From: a virus
Lineage: Duplodnaviria; Caudoviricetes
Reading direction: 5' to 3' (one strand)
IMG/VR virus record: IMGVR_UViG_3300035523_000151
Coordinates: 1 to 62,152 of that record
Length of the DNA stretch: 62,152 bases
Shown: in pieces, positions 26,501 through 34,996 of the stretch
Layout of the letters: each line of letters starts with the position of its first letter
Position numbering within the stretch: the stretch's first letter is position 1
Notes under the pieces: generated by a model
The model's database searches: none
Seen by the model: the letters and a program-made list of their open reading frames with translations, nothing else
What the model was told of the DNA's origin: nothing
Translations under genes and position numbers: made by a program

Positions 26501-26827
26501 ATGCCACGGCCCACCTGGTTCTTCGAGGAAGACTCAATCCGCTGCCCCTGCTGCGGCAAGGACTTCACCGTGCAGGGCTGGGAGTCCGCCCTGATCATCG
26601 CCGTGCAGGACTGCGTGCCCTACAAGGTTCTCCGTGGCGGTGCTCCCCCGCCCGCGGTCCTGTGCGTGAACGAGCACGGCCACGAGGTGCGCACCGGCTA
26701 CGCCGTGACGTACCGGTGCCACGGCGGGCTGATCGATGTGGGCGTGCTGGCACGGCCCAGGGATTGGCGGCATGGGTGGTGGTGGCCGCTGGGGCGGGTT
26801 TGGTGGGAGATGAAGGAGGGGGCGTAG
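26501..26827 (+). CDS. Hypothetical Cys-containing protein
   Basis: CPCC...C; operon context. Confidence 0.5.
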   Translation: MPRPTWFFEEDSIRCPCCGKDFTVQGWESALIIAVQDCVPYKVLRGGAPPPAVLCVNEHGHEVRTGYAVTYRCHGGLIDVGVLARPRDWRHGWWWPLGRVWWEMKEGA

Positions 26828-26830
26828 AAC

Positions 26831-27283
26831 GTGGCCGAACAACTGCAATTCGATCTGGGGCCGGTGGATGTGCACCGGCCCGACACGTCCCGGGAGGAAC
26901 GCAAGCTGCGAAAGATCAAGGTCAAGCCTGGCTTCGTTCAGCGCAGTGCTCACCGGGCCACGGCTGCCGATCAGCGAGACGCCATGATCAGACAGCAGGC
27001 CAAGCAGCTCGAAGCCGAGGAACTGCTGCAGCCGGATCCGCTGGAGGTCAGGCGGCCGGTGAAGGGCGACGTGGTTGAGATACTGTATGCTCGTAGCTGG
27101 CCTGCGCTGGGCTGGGCAAAGGGCACAGTGCTGTATGAACCGTATGAGCACTTTATGTCGGTGCAGATGCACTTCAACGGTCGCCATATCTGGTCGCCCT
27201 ACATCTCTCGGCGCGAGCGGTCTTACGATGTCCTCACCGAAAAAGGCCCGATCTGGCGATGGCCCCCGAAGGAGGCGGCATAA
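26831..27283 (+). CDS. Hypothetical protein
   Basis: GGAGGGGG RBS before GTG. Confidence 0.55.
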   Translation: MAEQLQFDLGPVDVHRPDTSREERKLRKIKVKPGFVQRSAHRATAADQRDAMIRQQAKQLEAEELLQPDPLEVRRPVKGDVVEILYARSWPALGWAKGTVLYEPYEHFMSVQMHFNGRHIWSPYISRRERSYDVLTEKGPIWRWPPKEAA

Positions 27284-28021
27284 TTGACCGACCGTGACAT
27301 CATCTGCAGCCTCGCCCCGTTGGCGCAGCAAGGTGACCCGGATGCCACCGACCGGCTCTGCCGCGAAGCATACACAGTGGTGCGGAAAATGATCCGCCGC
27401 CGGGGTCTGTTCCTGGCCGGCGCCGAGGAGGCTGACATGGTACAGGAGGCCATGCGCGGCGTACTGGATGCCCTGAAGGGCTGGGACGGGCGCAGTCCGT
27501 TCTTCGCCTTCATGACCATGTGCGTTGAACGCCAGCTAATCGAGGCCATCAAGCTGTACGGCCGCTTCAAGCACCGGCCCTTGAACTACGGCGCCAGTCT
27601 GGACATCCCGGCCCACTTCGACCGGGGCGGCATCGTCGAGCCGCGTATCGCCTGGTGGGATCTGCCCGACCCCAGTGGTCTGGGCGACGATCCGGCGGCG
27701 CTGGTAGGCGAGGGTGCCGAAGAACTGATCGAAGCCCTGGCCGAGCCTCTGACGCCGCTGGAGGGCACGTATTTTCGCCGGTGCATCCTGGCCGGCCGGA
27801 GCTATCAGACGGTTGCCACGGCCCTGGGGCGCAGCTACCGGAGCGCCGACAACGGCCTGCAGCGGTGCCGCCGCAAGTTGCTGCGACGGGCGGCAGTGCT
27901 GGCCGATGATCCAGAGTGGCCGGATGATACCCGGTATCTGCTGCGGGAGGCGGTGCAACTCGCAGAGGTGAACCGGAGCCGTATGGGGCCGAAGATCGGG
28001 CGGCGCGGGATGGCAGTCTAA
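27284..28021 (+). CDS. sigH: Sigma-70 family sigma factor, SigH-like
   Basis: LFLAGAEEADMVQEAMRGV, FFAFMTMCVERQLIEAIK...KHRPLNYGASLD, LTPLE, GRSYQTVATALGRSYRSADNGLQRCRRKL closely parallel SigH motifs (KHIPLN..SLD; SYQEI...KSIDNALQRVKRKL). Confidence 0.8.
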   Translation: MTDRDIICSLAPLAQQGDPDATDRLCREAYTVVRKMIRRRGLFLAGAEEADMVQEAMRGVLDALKGWDGRSPFFAFMTMCVERQLIEAIKLYGRFKHRPLNYGASLDIPAHFDRGGIVEPRIAWWDLPDPSGLGDDPAALVGEGAEELIEALAEPLTPLEGTYFRRCILAGRSYQTVATALGRSYRSADNGLQRCRRKLLRRAAVLADDPEWPDDTRYLLREAVQLAEVNRSRMGPKIGRRGMAV

Positions 28022-28040
28022 CAGCGAGGAGCGTGAAAGC

Positions 28041-29879
28041 ATGCATCGGGCACAGCAGCAGCGATTGCAGTGGCGCCCCGGCCAGGTGGAGGTCGAAATG
28101 CATCCGGCCGGCAGCGGCCTGAAACATCAGATAACCATCGCCGATCTGAGAGAGTTAGTCGTCGACAATTTCGCCGGCGGCGGTGGGGCCAGCACCGGGA
28201 TAGCACTGGCCATCGACCGCAGCGTCGACATCGCCATCAATCACGACCCGGCCGCGATTGCTATGCACCAGGCAAACCACCCAGACACCCTGCACCTGTG
28301 CGAGTCTGTCTGGGAGGTCAATCCCCGCAAAGTGACGCAAGGGCAACCTGTGGGCCTTGCGTGGTTCTCACCGGATTGCACTCATTTCAGCAAGGCGAAG
28401 GGCGGCAAGCCGGTCTCCAAGAAGATCAGGGGTCTTGCCTGGGTCGCTGTCCGCTGGGTGGCTCAGGTCCGCCCAAGGGTCATCATGATCGAGAACGTGG
28501 AGGAGTTCGTCACCTGGGGACCGCTGATCGCAGCACGTGATACGGAAACCGGAAGGCTACTCAAAAAGGTGTATGGGGAAGACGGCGAGAGCTGTGATAT
28601 AGTCGTTGCCGCTCCCGGTGAAGAGGTGCCTTTAGAACTTCGGGTTATGCACCCCGACCCGAAGCGCAAGGGCCAGACCTTCCGGGCATTCGTAAACAAG
28701 CTCCGGAAGTTCGGCTACCAGGTGGATTGGAAAGAGCTGCGGGCGTGTGATTACGGGGCGCCGACCATCCGCAAACGCTTTTTCCTCGTCGCCCGGTGCG
28801 ACGGCTGGCCGATCGTGTGGCCCGAGCCGACTCACGGCGACCCTAAGAGCAAGGCGGTGCAATCCGGAAAGCTCCAACCGTGGCGGACTGCCGCCGAAAT
28901 CATCGATTGGTCGATTCCATGCCCGTCGATCTTTGAGCGCAAGCGCCCGCTGAAGGAGGCAACGTTAAGGCGGATCGCCCGGGGCATTATGAAGTTCGTC
29001 ATAAACAACGCCACTCCATTCATCATCCCCGTCACGCACCACGGCTCTGATCGGGTAGCATCAATCGACGCACCATTCCCAACGATTACGGCGGCGCACC
29101 GCGGCGAGCACGCACTCATTACACCCGTTATCGACCGGCAGTTCACCCGCTCCACCGCCAACGCCGCAGACGAACCTTTGGGGACCATCACCGCCGGCGG
29201 CAGCGGAAAGGCCAACCTGGTTACAGCGTTTTTGACTCAGTATCATACCGAAGCTACCAACTCGGCAGTACGTGGCCAGACCGTGGACAAGCCGCTGCTG
29301 ACTCAGGACGCGTCGAATCGCTACGGCCTGGTAGCTGCATCTCTGGTCAAGCACTACGGCGGTGGCTATACAGGCGCCGGCAATGACCCGGGCGAGCCGT
29401 TATCCACGGTCACTGCAGTCGACCACAACGCCCTTGTCACCAGCCACATGATCAAGATGTACGGTACAAACGTGGGTCAAAGGACGGACGAGCCCCTGCA
29501 CACGATTACAGCCGGCGGCTTCCACCTGGGCGAGGTCAGGGCTTTCCTCCTGAAATATTACAGCACCAACGTTGGTCAGGAACTTGACGAACCTCTACAG
29601 ACTGTCACCACCAAACACCGCTTCGGACTCGTGACCGTCCATGGCGAGGATTACCAAATCATAGACATCGGCATGCGAATGCTCGAACCCCGCGAACTGT
29701 TCAAAGCAAACGGGTTTCCCGACGACTACATCATCGACGTGGAGATTAACGGCAAGAAGTGCTCGAAAGCATCCCAGGTTGCCCGGTGCGGCAACGCTGT
29801 GCCGCCGCATTTCGTCAAGGCGTTGGTAGAGGCGAACCTGCCGGAGATGTGTGGGCAGATTAGTGCGGCAGCGGTGTAA
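28041..29879 (+). CDS. C5-cytosine DNA methyltransferase
   Basis: DNFAGGGG, FSPDC (catalytic PC variant), IENV, YGAPTIRKR, RML.PREL, CGNAV. Confidence 0.92.
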   Translation: MHRAQQQRLQWRPGQVEVEMHPAGSGLKHQITIADLRELVVDNFAGGGGASTGIALAIDRSVDIAINHDPAAIAMHQANHPDTLHLCESVWEVNPRKVTQGQPVGLAWFSPDCTHFSKAKGGKPVSKKIRGLAWVAVRWVAQVRPRVIMIENVEEFVTWGPLIAARDTETGRLLKKVYGEDGESCDIVVAAPGEEVPLELRVMHPDPKRKGQTFRAFVNKLRKFGYQVDWKELRACDYGAPTIRKRFFLVARCDGWPIVWPEPTHGDPKSKAVQSGKLQPWRTAAEIIDWSIPCPSIFERKRPLKEATLRRIARGIMKFVINNATPFIIPVTHHGSDRVASIDAPFPTITAAHRGEHALITPVIDRQFTRSTANAADEPLGTITAGGSGKANLVTAFLTQYHTEATNSAVRGQTVDKPLLTQDASNRYGLVAASLVKHYGGGYTGAGNDPGEPLSTVTAVDHNALVTSHMIKMYGTNVGQRTDEPLHTITAGGFHLGEVRAFLLKYYSTNVGQELDEPLQTVTTKHRFGLVTVHGEDYQIIDIGMRMLEPRELFKANGFPDDYIIDVEINGKKCSKASQVARCGNAVPPHFVKALVEANLPEMCGQISAAAV

Positions 29880-29909
29880 GGTGACCCCCAACGCAAAACC
29901 CCAGGCCCG

Positions 29910-30341
29910 CTACTGCGGTACCTGGGGTTCGTCGCGTCTGCGCCTCGCCCTTACCTGAATCGACATGGCCCGCCGCCGCCACAGCGGTTCCTCAACCGGG
30001 ATGCCTGCCCGGCCGAATGCCTCTGCTTGGAGATCATCGGCCTTTGGGAACTCCGGGAAGTCCGCCGGCGTGTACCGCCCCGGATACAGCGTGGTCAGCA
30101 GGACGTACGGCGACCGGCGATACGCCCGGAGCAGGGCGCCCAGGCGGTAGGCGTCGAACCAGCGACGGCGGCAGGTGGCCGGGGAGGTTTGTGCCGTAAT
30201 GCCTTGCTCGGTCCAGATGGCTTCCAGGATGGCCCGGTCGCTGTCCGCTGCGCCCCAGAACCCGTTTGGCAGTTTCGGCCGGGCTCCGGTGTGGGTCTCG
30301 CGGAACGCGGTCACCGGATCGTCAATCTGCATCGCCATCAC
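29910..30341 (-). CDS. Hypothetical protein
   Basis: PNGFWG...WFDAYRLGALL...SPYVLLTTLYPGRY, a pattern seen in Firmicutes phage proteins; coupled to the upstream HTH gene. Confidence 0.55.
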   Translation of the reverse strand: MMAMQIDDPVTAFRETHTGARPKLPNGFWGAADSDRAILEAIWTEQGITAQTSPATCRRRWFDAYRLGALLRAYRRSPYVLLTTLYPGRYTPADFPEFPKADDLQAEAFGRAGIPVEEPLWRRRAMSIQVRARRRRDEPQVPQ

Positions 30342-30531
30342 CTGCCTGCTCCGGTTGAATCGGTTTAAACAGCCCCTCCAGCTCTTCGAGCTTGTACCGC
30401 TTATCGTCGGTCCCGTCCAGAGCGTAAGCGGTGATCTTCCCCGACCTGATGAGCCGGTAGAACGTGGACCGGGACACCTGCAGAAATTCCATCGCCTGAG
30501 ACGCAGTCAGCCATGATTGCGGCATGGGCAT
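30322..30531 (-). CDS. Excisionase-like HTH (MerR/HTH_17) protein
   Basis: WLTASQAMEFLQVSRSTFYRLIRSGKITAY; AGGAGG RBS. Confidence 0.8.
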   Translation of the reverse strand: MPMPQSWLTASQAMEFLQVSRSTFYRLIRSGKITAYALDGTDDKRYKLEELEGLFKPIQPEQAGDGDAD

Positions 30532-30595
30532 CCCCTCCTGTCGCTCTCATCATAGCAGGTTCACACTGTGCCGTAAAGTATTTTTGCGTGTCCTA

Positions 30596-30624
30596 TTGAC
30601 TCATCTGGAACAGTAAGATACAAT
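30596..30624 (+). promoter_or_regulatory. Strong sigmaA promoter for the accessory small-gene cluster
   Basis: TTGACT-N17-TACAAT. Confidence 0.75.
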
Positions 30625-30734
30625 AAGGCACAGAAGGACTCAAAGAGGTGCTGGCGATGAAGAAGCTGACGAAGGAGCAGATCATGGAGATCAAATCGAT
30701 CCAAGAGGTTTGATCAGAAAAGGAGTGGGCGGAA

Positions 30735-31232
30735 ATGACGAAGGCTGCAGAGATTACGGTGACTCTGCCCGATGGCTTCACCCTGCATGATGGTGTCGGC
30801 GAAAAGGACGGCCTGCCCGAGATCCACATTCACCATGGCGGCCAGTTCATCGCCCGCATGTTTTGGTTCAACGGCGGCCCGCTCGGATTTGCCTACGACG
30901 GCAAGCGGATTCTTGGCGGCGCTCACCGGCACGCTTGGCAGGAGACCGTAGACGACCTTATCCAGGCCTACCAGCCGTCGAAAACCGCCAAGCGTTTGCT
31001 CGATCGCCTCAACACCGCTTCTGAATCGTACTTCGCCACGCTGGAGCTTCCCGAATTCAAGCACCACTGGCGTAATACCGGCAGCGCCCGCATCGGCTCG
31101 GCCGACTACATCACCATCGAACTTCTCAACGGCACAATCCTCTCCTGGTGTGGGCGGGCTCCCTGGATTCACGAAACCTACGAAGCGCACAACGCCAAGG
31201 TCGAAGCTGCCATGAAGGCTGCGAAGGCCTGA
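30735..31232 (+). CDS. Hypothetical protein
   Basis: AAGGAG RBS. Confidence 0.65.
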   Translation: MTKAAEITVTLPDGFTLHDGVGEKDGLPEIHIHHGGQFIARMFWFNGGPLGFAYDGKRILGGAHRHAWQETVDDLIQAYQPSKTAKRLLDRLNTASESYFATLELPEFKHHWRNTGSARIGSADYITIELLNGTILSWCGRAPWIHETYEAHNAKVEAAMKAAKA

Positions 31233-31326
31233 CCCGGCCCTGCTAACGCCGGCACCTGCCAACGGGGAGGGCGGTCCCCTCCTCGGTGGTGGTCGGAGAT
31301 GGAGCAAGGAAAGGGGCTACACGCAA

Positions 31327-31530
31327 ATGGCACAAGGCAACCGCAGATTCAAGAGCGCCAAGGTCTACGGCAGCAGGTATGTCGTCATCGGCCAGATGGT
31401 CTACGACTGCACAGCCAGGTGGACCGGGCGAGTTCTGGAAATCGTGCAATTTCACGGCAGCCCGACCGTTTCGCTGAAGCTCGAAGGCCACAGCGGGTAC
31501 GTCCCCGCCCCCGACTGCGAAGTCATCTGA
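31327..31530 (+). CDS. Small hypothetical protein (SH3-like composition)
   Basis: AAGGGG RBS; beta-rich sequence. Confidence 0.5.
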   Translation: MAQGNRRFKSAKVYGSRYVVIGQMVYDCTARWTGRVLEIVQFHGSPTVSLKLEGHSGYVPAPDCEVI

Positions 31531-31568
31531 CTACCAGCCTTGCACCAGCACGAAGGAGGATGTGGAGA

Positions 31569-31787
31569 ATGACGGAGTTCACAGCGAAGGACCGGGCCTT
31601 CTGCGCGGCTCATGGTTCCGGGTTGCTTCTAGCTTCGGTGTGGCACCGCAATCAGATGATTGCGGGTCGGGTGGTGGATGCTACCGATGCCGAAGTCGCC
31701 ATCCGGTGGCCGGGCGGCGAACAGGTACTTAGCCGGTCCGACTTCGACCGGGAGACGGCGAAGGGCTACCTGGAACTGTTGGATTGA
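31569..31787 (+). CDS. Small hypothetical protein
   Basis: AAGGAGG RBS. Confidence 0.55.
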   Translation: MTEFTAKDRAFCAAHGSGLLLASVWHRNQMIAGRVVDATDAEVAIRWPGGEQVLSRSDFDRETAKGYLELLD

Positions 31788-31842
31788 TGGCTCGCCGACT
31801 TCGGGCCGAAACCGATGATCCGGCGGCACCGCCGGGGAGGTC

Positions 31843-31870
31843 GCAGGAAGTCACAAACACCGTATAGAAT
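31843..31870 (+). promoter_or_regulatory. Sigma-H-type promoter
   Basis: GCAGGAAGT-N12-ATAGAAT in an intergenic region. Confidence 0.55.
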
Positions 31871-31913
31871 CGTGTGACAACGAAGTTATCGAAAGCGAAG
31901 GGAGACGAGGCGA

Positions 31914-32102
31914 ATGTTGGAGATGCGTATTGCTCATCACGGGGTTTACTGTGGGTGGAGTTGGCGGATCATGGTCGACGGCGACTCCTGGACGCTGTTC
32001 ATCCACGGTGACGTGCAGAAGGAAATGAAGGTCGTTCCCGCCGGGACCGACAGACCATGGGTTGAGGCGTACATGGCCGAACAGGGTTACGGGCAGCGAT
32101 AA
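31914..32102 (+). CDS. Small hypothetical protein
   Basis: RBS-like GAGG upstream. Confidence 0.55.
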   Translation: MLEMRIAHHGVYCGWSWRIMVDGDSWTLFIHGDVQKEMKVVPAGTDRPWVEAYMAEQGYGQR

Positions 32103-32138
32103 CGCAGGCCGGAATTCGAACCCGAGGAGGGGTTTCAC

Positions 32139-32357
32139 GTGATGAAGAAGCAGGCTGAGGCCCTGATGCGCATCATCAACAAGGACATTCCCGGCGTGGA
32201 AACCACGGGCATGTCCAACGTAGAGGAGCGAGCAGCGAACGGCAGGCTCGTCTACAACTACGGCGTGAACTGTCAGGACACCGTGACCGGCGGGCAGTTC
32301 ACCGTCTGGACGCTGGATGACTGGCAGCGCCGGCAGAACCGGCCGCCGGTTGGATAG
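32139..32357 (+). CDS. Small hypothetical protein
   Basis: GAGGAGGGG RBS. Confidence 0.6.
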   Translation: MMKKQAEALMRIINKDIPGVETTGMSNVEERAANGRLVYNYGVNCQDTVTGGQFTVWTLDDWQRRQNRPPVG

Positions 32358-32372
32358 GAAGGAGGGGCCGTT

Positions 32373-32621
32373 ATGCCCGAAATCTTGGCCTTGAACGACG
32401 TGGTCCACCAACTCAAGGACGGCCGGTGGGTAGTAGCGAGGTGGGACGAAAAGGCGAATCAGTGGCAAGCGCCGATGACCGCCCAAGAGGCGAAGGCTAC
32501 CAACTGCAGCGCCTACTTTGCCAAGGGGCCAAATGGATTGGAAAGGCTCGGCTGCACATCCTACGCCCAACGCTCCGGGGCCGTGCGGCGAGCGAAGCAG
32601 ACATACTACGGCATCCAGTAG
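32373..32621 (+). CDS. Small hypothetical protein
   Basis: AAGGAGGGG RBS. Confidence 0.6.
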   Translation: MPEILALNDVVHQLKDGRWVVARWDEKANQWQAPMTAQEAKATNCSAYFAKGPNGLERLGCTSYAQRSGAVRRAKQTYYGIQ

Positions 32622-32626
32622 CCCAC

Positions 32627-32655
32627 TCCCCCGACCCTCCGGCCGGGGGATTTTT
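32627..32655 (+). terminator. Intrinsic terminator
   Basis: TCCCCCG...CGGGGGA followed by TTTTT. Confidence 0.7.
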
Positions 32656-32690
32656 CACGCCCTAAACACGCTCACAACTCTCCGCGCCCG

Positions 32691-32745
32691 TGTCGAACGG
32701 TGTCATGCATGCGGCATGGACAAATGCCATAAATTCCCTGATAAT
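32691..32745 (+). promoter_or_regulatory. Promoter of TPR cassette 2 with an upstream Spo0A-box-like site
   Basis: TGTCGAA at 32691-32697; TGGACA-N17-GATAAT at 32717-32745. Confidence 0.5.
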
Positions 32746-32776
32746 GGGGTTCGTCGGGAGCGAATATGATGGGGGG

Positions 32777-33649
32777 ATGACGGTGGAGGAAATGTTGGGC
32801 TACCTGGAGACCTGCCAGTACCCACAGGCCTGGGCGCAGTTCGTCCGGCTGCGCACCGCGGGGCCGGTGACGGCGAGTCTGCTGCTGCGGGGCAGTCATG
32901 CGGCATTCGGGCTGCGGGACCTGGCCGAGGCCCGCGAACTGGCGGAGGCGGCACTGGCGAAGTATCCGCACAGCGGTGAGCCGACCCGGCGGCTGGGGCA
33001 GATCCGTTTTCACCTGGCCATGGTGCGCCGGGAACTGGGCGATGCGGCCGGGGCGCTGACGCAATTCGACACGTACCTGACCGAACTGCCCACGCTCTAC
33101 CCGGACCTGGCCGGGACGGAGGGGAAGGCGCACTTCTACCGGGCGCTCTGCCTGCGCCAGCAGGAAGCCCTGGAGGCCGCTGCGGGGGCCTACGAGGAGG
33201 CCCTGCGGCTGATGCCCCCCGCTGATCCGCTGGCCGTCAAGGCCCGCCAGAACGCGGCGTGGGTGCTGTGCCTGCTGAACCGGGGCGAGGCGGCCCAGGA
33301 GCACCTGGCCGCGGCTCGCCCGCTCGCAGGCGACTCCATCGACCGGGCACACCAGACGCTGGGTGAGGCGTTCCTGGCACTCGTCACCGGAGACTCTGCG
33401 CAGGCGGCGGCGCTCTGCGAGCAGCTTTTCCGGACCTCGCACCAGGGGGAAATCACTGACACCGAGGTGCTGTCGCAGGCGGCGTGGCTGGCAGGTCGGG
33501 CCGCCATGGCGCAGCAGCGGTGGGAGGCGGCGGCGGGCCTCGCCGGTGTGGCCGTGACGTTCGCGGCCGATGCGCGGGACGCCCGGCTGATCAACGATGC
33601 TGCGGCGCTGCGGGCGCAGGTGCAGCTGCATCGGAGCGGGGTGCAATAG
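32777..33649 (+). CDS. TPR-repeat protein, putative RRNPP-like peptide receptor 2 (~290 aa, no obvious HTH)
   Basis: Clear TPRs (IRFHLAMVRRELGDAAGALTQF, AHFYRALCLRQQEALEAAAGAYEEAL, ARQNAAWVLCLLNRGEAAQEHL); start uncertain within 32777-32795. Confidence 0.75.
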   Translation: MTVEEMLGYLETCQYPQAWAQFVRLRTAGPVTASLLLRGSHAAFGLRDLAEARELAEAALAKYPHSGEPTRRLGQIRFHLAMVRRELGDAAGALTQFDTYLTELPTLYPDLAGTEGKAHFYRALCLRQQEALEAAAGAYEEALRLMPPADPLAVKARQNAAWVLCLLNRGEAAQEHLAAARPLAGDSIDRAHQTLGEAFLALVTGDSAQAAALCEQLFRTSHQGEITDTEVLSQAAWLAGRAAMAQQRWEAAAGLAGVAVTFAADARDARLINDAAALRAQVQLHRSGVQ

Positions 33650-33707
33650 CACCCCCGGCTCCGCGGGTCCGGTTTCGCCGGGAGATTAAATCGGGGGAGG
33701 GTTTACA

Positions 33708-33875
33708 TTGAAGAAGAAGCTTGCGGCTTTGGTCCTGGCCGTGGTTCTGGCGTTGGGCGTGGCTGGTGTGGCGTCGGCCGAACACGGCAACATCGGCGGC
33801 GTTGGTGTTGGTGGCGTCGTGACCACGCTGGAGCAGGGAACCGGCGGGCCGATTGGCGGCGTCGGGACCCGGTAG
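33708..33875 (+). CDS. Small secreted propeptide 2 (55 aa): MKKKLAALVLAVVLALGVAGVASA-EHGNIGGVGVGGVVTTLEQGTGGPIGGVGTR
   Basis: Translated by hand; GGGGAGGG RBS before TTG; textbook Sec signal peptide with ASA cleavage; internally repeated IGGVG. Confidence 0.85.
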   Translation: MKKKLAALVLAVVLALGVAGVASAEHGNIGGVGVGGVVTTLEQGTGGPIGGVGTR

Positions 33876-33902
33876 CACCGGGTCTGTGCGGCGAAGGGAG
33901 GG

Positions 33903-34463
33903 GTGAGGGTGGAATACGTTGTCACCGGCGAGGATGCGCTGCGGGGCCTGGTGCGCGCCGCCAGACGCGGCCAAGGCCTGCGACTTCACGACGTTGCAGA
34001 TAGCGCCGGCGTTTGTATCGGTCACCTGGCCAACTTCGAGAGAGGGGATCGCTCGATGTCGCCGCCGCTGCTATTGAGGACGCTCGCGGCGCTGAACCTG
34101 CAGGTGATTGTGCGTTCTCCCTACCCTCCCGACGCCGCCTGCCCGCATCCTCACTTAAATGTTGATACGAGTGAGGCGACGGCGGAATACCGCATTACCG
34201 ACGTGGGCCAACTGCGCGCCCTGATGCGTGCCGCCCGGCACGGTCAGAGACTGCGACTTCGGGATGTCGCACTGCACGCTCATGGCTGCGACACTCACAT
34301 CAATTCTTGGGAGATGAGCGGCGGCGGAATGTCCCTGCCCGTGCTCTTAACGACGTTGCAGTCGCTCGGGTTGCCGCTGGTGGTACGCTCGGGTTATCCG
34401 CCCGCACCCTACATGCCGTTCAGCCAGAAATACCCGCGGCGAACAGGTTCTGCTTCTGCCTGA
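33903..34463 (+). CDS. Tandem XRE/HipB-like HTH protein
   Basis: Two homologous repeats LR.L.RAAR.GQ.LRL.DVA....MS.P.LL.TL..L.L...VRS.YPP. Confidence 0.75.
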   Translation: MRVEYVVTGEDALRGLVRAARRGQGLRLHDVADSAGVCIGHLANFERGDRSMSPPLLLRTLAALNLQVIVRSPYPPDAACPHPHLNVDTSEATAEYRITDVGQLRALMRAARHGQRLRLRDVALHAHGCDTHINSWEMSGGGMSLPVLLTTLQSLGLPLVVRSGYPPAPYMPFSQKYPRRTGSASA

Positions 34464-34511
34464 TCGAACCTCTCCGTCACCACCCCCGTATTACAGCGGG
34501 GGTGGTTTCGC

Positions 34512-34631
34512 GTGGGCGGGTGGCGATATGACCGACGGCACCGATCATGGCAGGCATACGAGCGGGCGCTGCTGTGGGTGGTGCCGATCGTGGCGGCCGG
34601 GCTCCTGGCACAGTGGCTGATGGGCCGGTAA
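34512..34631 (+). CDS. Small membrane peptide (39 aa)
   Basis: MGGWRYDRRHRSWQAYERALLWVVPIVAAGLLAQWLMGR, translated by hand; GGGGTGG RBS; ends before the terminator. Confidence 0.4.
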   Translation: MGGWRYDRRHRSWQAYERALLWVVPIVAAGLLAQWLMGR

Positions 34632-34635
34632 CAAC

Positions 34636-34686
34636 GCAAAAAGCCCCCGGCGTTCCCTGTGGGGGGAGGCCGGGGGCTTTTGCTTT
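34636..34686. terminator. Bidirectional terminator at the convergence of the + and - arms
   Basis: AAAAGCCCCCGGC...GCCGGGGGCTTTT. Confidence 0.8.
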
Positions 34687-34698
34687 GGGACCGCGTAA

Positions 34699-34992
34699 TT
34701 AGGGGGCCGGGGTCGTCGGTGGCTTCTGCGCGCCATCCTTGACCGTGCTCTTGACCATCATGGCCGCCACCCAGAGACCCAGCCAGGCCACCAGGAGGGC
34801 ATACAGGGGTGGTTTGGGCTGCTGGGCGATGTACCAGAGGACCGCCACCAGCAAGGCCAGGAAACCGGGCGCCAGGAACCGGGAGGCGGGGGTCTTGAGC
34901 AGATGCACCATGGCGGCCCGCTCCACCAGCAGGAAAATCACCAGGGCGATGCCCATGCCGAACGCCTGAAGGCCTTCAAGACCAGTGCTCAC
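34699..34992 (-). CDS. Holin-like protein (3 TM)
   Basis: AAAGGAG RBS before GTG 34992; three hydrophobic segments; adjacent to the endolysin. Confidence 0.65.
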   Translation of the reverse strand: MSTGLEGLQAFGMGIALVIFLLVERAAMVHLLKTPASRFLAPGFLALLVAVLWYIAQQPKPPLYALLVAWLGLWVAAMMVKSTVKDGAQKPPTTPAP

Positions 34993-34996
34993 GGAA

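Noticed and set aside
29020-29640. Repeated (D/G)EPLxT(I/V)T units in the C5 methyltransferase
   Set aside because: A common feature of this phage MTase subfamily.
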